DNA of 64,000 bases from Candidatus Pacearchaeota archaeon (GTDB taxonomy: Archaea; Nanobdellota; Nanobdellia; Pacearchaeales; GW2011-AR1), in the NCBI GenBank assembly GCA_040879805.1, contig JBBDJP010000001.1:66173-130172 (forward strand), written 5' to 3'. The notes below the pieces were generated by a model. The model searched no databases. It was given only the letters and a program-made list of their open reading frames with translations, and had not been told where the DNA came from. Both the position numbers and the translations under genes were made by a program. The stretch's first letter is position 1. Each line of letters opens with the position of its first letter. This document shows positions 56,220-64,000 of this stretch, piece after piece.

Positions 56220-59200
56220 TTAATTTAGTTCTTCTTCATAAGCAACTATGTTTGAAACATACTGAAGAACAGAAGAGGGAATATTTTCACATCTCTTCCA
56301 CTCTTCTAATTCACAAGCATTCTGAATATTTCCCCTCCCCCAATTATAAGCTGCAAGAGAAATCTTTTTAGAATCTTCAAAAGAATTCCCTCTCCCTAAA
56401 TAATATTCTTGTAACATATCAAAATATATTGTTCCAACATAAATATTCTTCCTTGGCTTAAGAATGTCCCTTTCAAAATCATTTATATTCACACTTAAAA
56501 TAATTAAAGAAGAATTATCATACCTTGCTTTCACATCTGTTGTTGCAACTTTTGTAACTTGCATAAGGCCATATGAACCTCCTGCACTTTCTACTGCTCC
56601 AGGATCTGCATAAGATTCCTGGATAATTATGGCCTTAATCAAATTTTCCTCAATACCATATTCCTGAGATACTTCCCTTATAAGACCTTCATAAGTTCCT
56701 AAATTATCAAAAAGATCTGGATCATTCATCCTACTCTCTACTTGATTTGGTTCCGGAAGTATTGGTCCTCCAGATATATTGTTATCTTCCCTAGAAATAA
56801 AATTCCCTCGTGGAAAACCTTTTTCAGTATCTAATGAAAAAATAATTGCTGCACCTTCTAAAAAATCATCAATATTTTCTAGGTTTTGAATTAATTCGGA
56901 ATTTATGTCTGTAGGCTCTCTTCCTTCAAATTTTCCAGAATTGACTTCAATTGTGTCTGTTCTCATCCAATTATTCCTATCTGGAGACCATTGCCACCCT
57001 TCTTGACTACTAAATCTAAAATAAAGATTTGTTTCTCCAATATTAATTAATGACCCTAAGCTAAATCCATCTCCTAAGACTGTAAACTCTACAGGAATAA
57101 AATTTTGTCCTTTTTCACCTATTTTCTTTAAAGTTACTTTCTCAGTAGACAACTCTGAATCTAAAAAGATATAATTTTCTTCATTCAACCAAGCACGATA
57201 AATTAATAATTCTAATCCTTCCAAGTACCCAACCTCTAAAAGAAGAGATGTCCAATACTTGTTCTCTAGATTCATATTCTCTGAAGGGAGGGGAGTTCCA
57301 TCAGGCATTGTTGCAACAAACGTCGCGTCTGAATCTATGGTTTCAAAATTTATATCAATTTCCTGATAAAAACTCTCTTCAGAAAAATTAGGTAAAGATC
57401 TATCTGTGTTTTCAAAATCAGATTCAAAAATTCCTACATTAAACCATTCTCCACCTTCTTCCGGAAGATCCCCCTCCATAGACCAATACCATCCATTTTC
57501 TATGAATGTATAATATATATTTTCTCCTGTAATTCTCCTATCTCTAAATTCAAAGATAGGATAATCCCTTTCTATATTCTGAAGCTCATTTCTTGATGCC
57601 GGACCTGAAAAATTATCTCTAAAATCTAATACATCCTCTTCATCATCTTCTCCTTCTTCTATTTGCTGTTCTCTCAAACTTTGAAGAACTCCTTTCACCA
57701 AATCTTTGTAAGCGTTTCCTCTGGATAAAATAAGGAATCCTTTTTCATAACTAAGGAAAACTCTTTCTATATTTTTATTTATTATCTCAATTCTCTCTAG
57801 AGGGTTCTCGTTTTGTCTTTCTCTTTGATTAATTTCTCTTGCAAGTTCCCTAAACTCAGAAGCACTAAGAGAATCTGTCTCATTTCTCAAGATTTCTAAA
57901 TAATCTTCAATTACATCTCCTACAACTTGATCTTCAATTCCTGTATGCCTTATTATATCTCTTGAACTTTCAGTATCAAGCCAACAACCAATTTGAGAGT
58001 TTCCACAATGTCCTACTCTTACCCATCTTGCATTTTCTGTTCCTGCTCTTGAATCTGTAGAAGATCCAGGGTCATCAGTAGAACAAATTCTTATAATTCC
58101 CCTATTTTGAAGCCCAGGATCAATAAAATTTTCTGCACCAGACTGTAGGCTTGGATTTAAAAAACTTCTAAGATTGGGCGTCCCTGAAACACATTCTGAT
58201 TCTGAATTAATGTCTGTATTTGAAACTTGATCTGCAATATACTCATCATTAAGATAATTTACAGCAAAATCTGTTGATACTCTTCCAAATCCACACTCTT
58301 CTTGATTGTTAACAACAATACACATCTCATTAAATCCTGAAGGTGCTGTAAATGTACATGGTTGATTTGGATTATCACCACAATTAGCAGTCTCTCCTAC
58401 TGGAACAAATCCTGAAGCAACTATCCTTCTTGAAGATGTGTCTTGGAAAAATGCTCCTCCTGTACTCCTCAAATAAACTTGGTAATAAGCAGGAATATCC
58501 TCTCCCGCATAAATATTGAAAAATACTTTATACTGAGATGTTGGAGGTACCGTTGCTGTTGAAAATTCCATTTCATCAAATCTTCCATGGAACTGTGGAG
58601 GAACTCTCGGACTAGTCAAAGAATCAAGAAGGCTACCTCCATCTGGTCCTGCAATTGAAACCCAATTTCTACAAATCTCTGTACCTACACCTTCTATAGA
58701 TCTTGCTTGGAATGCATCTGCCGAATTAACAGCATATTCCTGAATAAAGAACTCTGCCGAATCTGCTGCATTCTGCCAAGCTTGCCTTGCATTGAGATAT
58801 TCTCCTCCTCCCCTAGTTGGCTTTTGTCCTAAAATCTCTCCAAGAACAGAAGGAATGACTGCATTGGCAAGAGGAAGGCCTTGTCTCCAAACAAAATCAC
58901 ACATATAAATTGAATGTAATTGATCACATATTCCTATCTGTTGACCTGTTTCAAGACTGTGTTCAAGACAACTCTGATAATCTTCTAAAATATTTGCATA
59001 CCCTTGACTTGCAGCATAAACTCCTGAAACACATATTGGAATCTTTACCTCCGGGAAATTAGGTGCACAAAGAGCAAGACTTCCTGCAATTCCAGACTGA
59101 ACAACATCTGAAACAGGATACTTTCCTCCTAAATCACAACGAGAGCTAGGACAAACAAAAGGATCACAAATATTAAACATTAAATTACAATCTCTTGCAG

Positions 59201-62200
59201 ACATGAAATCTTGACATTGAATTTCAGGGATTCCTACTGAGGGTTCACCTACAGATATGGTTCTTCCAAAAAGACTAATCTCTCTCAATCCAGACTCATG
59301 CCTTCTTGAAGCCTCTGCAATTGCCTCAACAGCTCTACTAGCTAATTGAGAAGCTTCATTCTCACTTAAACCAGGAAATTGGTTATAAGGTTGATTTGTG
59401 GAAGGATTCAGTCCAACACAGTCATCATCACCAACTCCTAAGAAAAACTCTTCTCTCCCATTACTACCAACATTACAAAGGTAGAAACTAGAGACTCTTC
59501 CGGAATCATCATATGCCTTCAAAGAACCTCCTATTGGAAGATTAGATTTCATAGCAGCATACCATCCATCTCCAAGTCCTGAAGGTGCAGGAAAAGGAAC
59601 AATTGCAGGCAAACCTGCATATTGGCCCGACTCATAATATCTCAATTCACAATTTGGACATTCATTTTCATAATAATTTCTATCTCGGAACTCAAACATA
59701 AATCTCTCTTGAATTTCACTCTTAATTTCCCCTTCCTCAATTTTATTACCTGACGTATGATAAACCTCTAAAACTCTATACCTGCCTCTTCCAGTATCTT
59801 CTAATTGAACAATGTATTCTTCACCCCCATACACAAGAGTTTGAGCTGGAACTCCTGAAGGAATATCTACTAATTTTCCTGCTGTCTTACCTCCTCCATA
59901 AACATCTATGATAGATTCTCCTCTTGTGTGAACACTAACATCAAGTCCTTTTAACGCTTCAGAAAGATTATTTTTAAGATTGGTCTCTACTTCAGACTTT
60001 TTTGTGTTTAAATGAATATCTGTAAGATAAGATTTAATCTCACTTTCCGCAACAGACCTAATAACAGGATCATCAGAATTCAAAAGTCGTGCATTCAATT
60101 GCAAGTCTCTTGCTTGAGAAACATAAGTAGTCTCTGAATTTATGCCTTGAATTATTTCTTGTGCTTCCACGATATTTCCATTCACATCTATCTCAAAATT
60201 TTCAAGATTTTGATTCAACTCATTTCGATAAGACTCACTAGTAAGTCTCTTTAAAAATTCTTCATCATTTACTATGTCTTCACCAAGGAAACGGGAGGTA
60301 GTGATCCCTTCCCTAAGATTTTTCATCTCCTTATTATGTTCTTCAATTATATTTGAAACTTCTTTTACAGAATCTTCTATATTCTTATTATTCTCAAGGA
60401 AACAAGAATCAAGGTTTCTATATTCTCCAGAATTTACCATCCCCTCACATCTTTCTGTCCATCCGCCATCTCCACGCATAATCTTTTGCCTAGCAATTCC
60501 TTCTCCATGTAAATTTGAAATAAAACTTTTCAAAACAAGTCCTGCACCAACACCTAAACAAGCCTTGTTTCCGATATCCACTGTTGTCTTAAGCCCTTCA
60601 TTGATCCTTCTCCAGGTTTCGAGAGTCTCCTCTAAAGAGTTTATTCTCTCTTCAGTTTTTTCTGGAGAAAGCATGAGAAAATCATTTCTTTTTTCAATCC
60701 CAATCCTAAATGGAAATTCTGCTTGAGTTTCTTGATAATCTACATTCGGAATAATTGAAACACGTGCAACTTTTCTCAAATTAATATTATCAACAGAAAT
60801 TCTATAATTATTTTCTCCTACAACTTCAAAAGAATTTAGATTTATCCTTTGAGTGTTTCCAATAGTCGTGACTTGACTTCCTCTATCTATTCCTCTTATA
60901 TTAAAAATAGCATTATTATCATTTAATTCTTGTAGACTAATAAATTCAGACTCTGAAAGATAAATTGTCTGATCTTTTCTTATTCCTGTTTTTCTTCCAC
61001 TGTAATTTCCTGCATTGCTAACAGTTATATCTACACTATAATCTTCTAGTGAAGGCTCACTAATTCTGTCTAAAGATATACTATATGTTTTTCCTTTAAT
61101 TAAGACTGTCTGGGCAGATGTTGTTTGACTTGAAAGTTTTTCTTGTTGACTACAAATATCAGGCATTCCTCTTCCTGAGTTAGGATATGCATCTTCAAAT
61201 TCTTCGCACAATTCAACAACAGTTCTCATTTGACTTGCAGCAGAATGAATCTCTATTAAATTCCTCAATGCACTTTCACCAAAAACAGGTTCTGTTCCAG
61301 AGGGATAACTTTCACCAGAAAAACTTTGTAAAACATCTTCATAATCTCTTACTGCATTTTCATAATCTCTTCTGTGCTCTTCACTTAAACCCGAAAGCCC
61401 AGAGTCCACAGCATCTGCAAAACCTATGATTTTAAACTTATTTGAGTAAGCATCTTCATTTCCTACGATTTCATTAAACTGGGTAAGAGCTCCGCTTGGA
61501 GAAGGAAACATTTCAAAACTGCCGTCCGCCTTGACAAGTCCTGCAGGAGCATCTCCAGCTACCATCCAGTTAACAAAACTTCCAACAAATCCAAAACCTA
61601 AAGAAACAATTCTTTCCAAAGAATCTACAATAACATTTCCCGACTCAAATTCAACAACATTCATAATACTGGGTAAGCTCCTATAAACAGCTCTTTGCTT
61701 AAATTCTTCTGAAGTTTTGGCAGTACTCACAACTGGAACAAAAAACAACTCTTCTCCATCATCTTCTCCAATGTAACCTACATAGACATATTTTCCTGTT
61801 TCAGCGCCTTCTGAATCACGCCGAGAATACAATTGATCACCAACTCCTACTATAGATGATTCCCCATCTATTTCTATTTTTATATTTGGGCTAACTCTAA
61901 GATTTAATCTATTACTCCCTTCATCAACATTACAATCAACTTGAACTTCTTCAACAATTCCTTCTTTATTTATGCTTCTAACTTGACAATCATTATTAAG
62001 AAATTTGGCGCCTTCCCTTAAATCAAAAGCATCTCCATTGACTTCAATCGTTGCAGTTGTATCAGGATTTTCAACTCCATCCAGCCTTATTTCCATGGTC
62101 CCAACACAATAATCAAAACCAGGCATTGGAATTTCTCTTGATTTTTCCCCCACTAGGAGGTTTTCAGTTGTAACTTTTCTGTTTGCTGTTCTTGCCTGAG

Positions 62201-62948
62201 AATTTGTTTCTCTGTCAGAATAAATCGAAATTGAAGCACGATCATCACTAACACTTTCTGCCCTCAAATATCCTCTTCCTTGCCAAAACCCGTATCCTTT
62301 AAAATTTCTATCCCATTCTGTATCAGACATTACAGGAAGGTAAAATTGGGACCTTCCAACCCCAAATGCGTTCTGAACATCATATCTAATTCTTGCTGTC
62401 AAATTTCCTTCTACAAAATCAGGCATTTCAGATTCATTCCTTTGTTGTCTTAAAACAATAACAGCGTAACCAAGATTATCCAAAACTGGAGGATTATCTA
62501 GACCAATCTGCCCTCCAAATCTATTAAGGGCCGCTCTAGCAGAATGAAATCCAACTCCTGAAACTTCTCTAGGAAAATCTCCTGAAAAAGTAATTCTATC
62601 TATAGATCCTATATCAATTAAGGGATTTATTTGCGTACCAACAACAGGGCAAATGACTGGAACATTCTGATTCTCTAGAAGGTCGCTCCTAACTACTGAT
62701 GGTGAACATCCAATAGGAGAAATCTGAAGAATAAAATCTTGTCCTTCATGACACATCTGCCTGCTAAATGAAGGAGAAAATAGGGCATCATTTACAATAT
62801 TAGATTGTGAATTCTGGACGTAATTCCTTGAATAAGACGAAGACAGAAACTGTGCAGAAACAAAAAATGTGAGTAATATTAAAGACATGAAAACAAACCC
62901 AACTAAGAAAATCTTTTTCACACTTATATTTTTATTTTTGTATTTCAT
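56220..62948 (-). CDS. Giant (2242 aa) exported Cys-rich protein with a C-terminal lytic transglycosylase (SLT/GH23) domain
   Basis: Signal peptide ending VSA; C-terminal LIKAIIIQES, SYGLMQV, NIYVGTIYF, LAAYNWG motifs in SLT order. Confidence 0.88.
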   Translation of the reverse strand: MKYKNKNISVKKIFLVGFVFMSLILLTFFVSAQFLSSSYSRNYVQNSQSNIVNDALFSPSFSRQMCHEGQDFILQISPIGCSPSVVRSDLLENQNVPVICPVVGTQINPLIDIGSIDRITFSGDFPREVSGVGFHSARAALNRFGGQIGLDNPPVLDNLGYAVIVLRQQRNESEMPDFVEGNLTARIRYDVQNAFGVGRSQFYLPVMSDTEWDRNFKGYGFWQGRGYLRAESVSDDRASISIYSDRETNSQARTANRKVTTENLLVGEKSREIPMPGFDYCVGTMEIRLDGVENPDTTATIEVNGDAFDLREGAKFLNNDCQVRSINKEGIVEEVQVDCNVDEGSNRLNLRVSPNIKIEIDGESSIVGVGDQLYSRRDSEGAETGKYVYVGYIGEDDGEELFFVPVVSTAKTSEEFKQRAVYRSLPSIMNVVEFESGNVIVDSLERIVSLGFGFVGSFVNWMVAGDAPAGLVKADGSFEMFPSPSGALTQFNEIVGNEDAYSNKFKIIGFADAVDSGLSGLSEEHRRDYENAVRDYEDVLQSFSGESYPSGTEPVFGESALRNLIEIHSAASQMRTVVELCEEFEDAYPNSGRGMPDICSQQEKLSSQTTSAQTVLIKGKTYSISLDRISEPSLEDYSVDITVSNAGNYSGRKTGIRKDQTIYLSESEFISLQELNDNNAIFNIRGIDRGSQVTTIGNTQRINLNSFEVVGENNYRISVDNINLRKVARVSIIPNVDYQETQAEFPFRIGIEKRNDFLMLSPEKTEERINSLEETLETWRRINEGLKTTVDIGNKACLGVGAGLVLKSFISNLHGEGIARQKIMRGDGGWTERCEGMVNSGEYRNLDSCFLENNKNIEDSVKEVSNIIEEHNKEMKNLREGITTSRFLGEDIVNDEEFLKRLTSESYRNELNQNLENFEIDVNGNIVEAQEIIQGINSETTYVSQARDLQLNARLLNSDDPVIRSVAESEIKSYLTDIHLNTKKSEVETNLKNNLSEALKGLDVSVHTRGESIIDVYGGGKTAGKLVDIPSGVPAQTLVYGGEEYIVQLEDTGRGRYRVLEVYHTSGNKIEEGEIKSEIQERFMFEFRDRNYYENECPNCELRYYESGQYAGLPAIVPFPAPSGLGDGWYAAMKSNLPIGGSLKAYDDSGRVSSFYLCNVGSNGREEFFLGVGDDDCVGLNPSTNQPYNQFPGLSENEASQLASRAVEAIAEASRRHESGLREISLFGRTISVGEPSVGIPEIQCQDFMSARDCNLMFNICDPFVCPSSRCDLGGKYPVSDVVQSGIAGSLALCAPNFPEVKIPICVSGVYAASQGYANILEDYQSCLEHSLETGQQIGICDQLHSIYMCDFVWRQGLPLANAVIPSVLGEILGQKPTRGGGEYLNARQAWQNAADSAEFFIQEYAVNSADAFQARSIEGVGTEICRNWVSIAGPDGGSLLDSLTSPRVPPQFHGRFDEMEFSTATVPPTSQYKVFFNIYAGEDIPAYYQVYLRSTGGAFFQDTSSRRIVASGFVPVGETANCGDNPNQPCTFTAPSGFNEMCIVVNNQEECGFGRVSTDFAVNYLNDEYIADQVSNTDINSESECVSGTPNLRSFLNPSLQSGAENFIDPGLQNRGIIRICSTDDPGSSTDSRAGTENARWVRVGHCGNSQIGCWLDTESSRDIIRHTGIEDQVVGDVIEDYLEILRNETDSLSASEFRELAREINQRERQNENPLERIEIINKNIERVFLSYEKGFLILSRGNAYKDLVKGVLQSLREQQIEEGEDDEEDVLDFRDNFSGPASRNELQNIERDYPIFEFRDRRITGENIYYTFIENGWYWSMEGDLPEEGGEWFNVGIFESDFENTDRSLPNFSEESFYQEIDINFETIDSDATFVATMPDGTPLPSENMNLENKYWTSLLLEVGYLEGLELLIYRAWLNEENYIFLDSELSTEKVTLKKIGEKGQNFIPVEFTVLGDGFSLGSLINIGETNLYFRFSSQEGWQWSPDRNNWMRTDTIEVNSGKFEGREPTDINSELIQNLENIDDFLEGAAIIFSLDTEKGFPRGNFISREDNNISGGPILPEPNQVESRMNDPDLFDNLGTYEGLIREVSQEYGIEENLIKAIIIQESYADPGAVESAGGSYGLMQVTKVATTDVKARYDNSSLIILSVNINDFERDILKPRKNIYVGTIYFDMLQEYYLGRGNSFEDSKKISLAAYNWGRGNIQNACELEEWKRCENIPSSVLQYVSNIVAYEEELN

Positions 62949-62949
62949 T

Positions 62950-63999
62950 TTATCTAAAATTTATTTTAAGTTCGCTTGTTTCGACAAGGATATTATTTAT
63001 CTGAACTTCTTCAAGACTCGAAGGAATTGAAAAACTTTCTGCATCTATTTCAATTATTCCTCTTAAAAGTTCACTTTCCAATATAAAATAATCTTGTTGG
63101 CCTCCTCCAGATATGGCCTGAGTTATTGACTGTTCAGGAACTTCTATTTCAAAACACTTTTCTTCTTGTAGTCCAATAATTCCTAATAATCCTGGCCTTA
63201 GAATGGTTGTACATTGTTCTGCCACAGTTTCGGAGAAGAAAATCTCAGAATCTTCATAGACATAAACTTGAATATCATATTGACCTTCTGCCAATGAAAC
63301 TGTATCTTGATCAGGATAAACAACTGATCTTGAAATATCTTCCGAAGTGAAGTGGATTATCGCATTCCCATTATAAACTTCCCCATCAAGCGAAAGAATT
63401 ATTGGAATTTCATAAGTTTTATCCATAACAATTGTCAAACTACCTTGAGAAACTGTAGAAAATAATACACTTTCTTCTTTGAACCCTTCTGCACGCGCAG
63501 TAATAAATCCATTAGCACATTGAGGAAAACTATCTAAAAGAACTCCTGATTCTGTGGTTCCAATATTACACCTTTCGCCAAAACACTCTGAAGAAATAAA
63601 AGCATCAATAGGATTTCCATCTCTGTCTCTTACATTGACCTCAACTTGGGAATTTTTATATTGGCAAATTTCAGGTGATGTCTGAGAAAATGCACTCGCA
63701 TCAAGAGATTCTCTGGGATTATTTTTTTCAATGACTATTGCAAGAGGAAATTGAAAAAATTCTTCTCCTTCATATACTTGCACAAGAACAGGATACTTCA
63801 TGGAATAGACAAAATGGTAAGGAGTATAACAAAAACCCAACACTCCTAGACCTGGTTGATTTCCAAGAGGGTTTGCTATCATAAAATTCCCTTCTGAAGG
63901 AGTTACTTCAAAGCTATGTGGCCAATCTTTAGAATTAAGAAACCTTACTTCTTCACGTCCTGAAAAATCAACAATAAAATAATCATGAACACTTTGTTC
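62950..63999 (-). CDS. Probable exported beta-rich protein, 5' end beyond the window
   Basis: Frame is open from the window edge (EQSVHDYF...EGNFMIANP) to the stop at 62950; acidic, paired Cys, prealbumin/carboxypeptidase-regulatory-like segment; ends 1 bp before the giant gene. Confidence 0.75.
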   Translation of the reverse strand, partial: EQSVHDYFIVDFSGREEVRFLNSKDWPHSFEVTPSEGNFMIANPLGNQPGLGVLGFCYTPYHFVYSMKYPVLVQVYEGEEFFQFPLAIVIEKNNPRESLDASAFSQTSPEICQYKNSQVEVNVRDRDGNPIDAFISSECFGERCNIGTTESGVLLDSFPQCANGFITARAEGFKEESVLFSTVSQGSLTIVMDKTYEIPIILSLDGEVYNGNAIIHFTSEDISRSVVYPDQDTVSLAEGQYDIQVYVYEDSEIFFSETVAEQCTTILRPGLLGIIGLQEEKCFEIEVPEQSITQAISGGGQQDYFILESELLRGIIEIDAESFSIPSSLEEVQINNILVETSELKINFR

Positions 64000-64000
64000 A

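Noticed and set aside
56099..56220. tRNA-Leu as the attachment site of an island carrying the giant gene
   Set aside because: No duplicated tRNA 3' end or integrase seen in the window; cannot be excluded beyond the right edge.

Overview
AT-rich chromosomal segment of a reduced-genome archaeon. It is most likely DPANN, Pacearchaeota-like; this is an inference from the archaeal information genes, several bacterial-type enzymes, near-absent metabolism and mostly leaderless genes. Core genes: TBP, TFB, TFE, MCM, RPA, ATP-dependent DNA ligase, aIF-1A, aIF-2beta, L15e/S8e/S17e, Sm, EndA, RNase Z, deoxyhypusine synthase, FtsZ, five aminoacyl-tRNA synthetases, GatCAB and GatDE, and seven intronless tRNAs. 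No rRNA, CRISPR array or transposase is recognisable. Most notable: (1) a 2242-aa Cys-rich exported protein ending in a lytic transglycosylase (SLT/GH23) domain, 1 bp downstream of a second gene for a probably exported protein, a candidate apparatus for attacking bacterial peptidoglycan; (2) a full-length DisA-type diadenylate cyclase beside a DHH/DHHA1 phosphoesterase; (3) an unannotated 50-aa poly-Asp/Glu microprotein and a 68-aa H1-like protein beginning MARTK; (4) a cysteine-synthase-fold gene and an SDR gene that both appear to lack catalytic lysines; (5) a structured ftsZ leader; (6) a methyltransferase broken by one in-frame stop. All calls come from reading motifs by eye; no searches were run.
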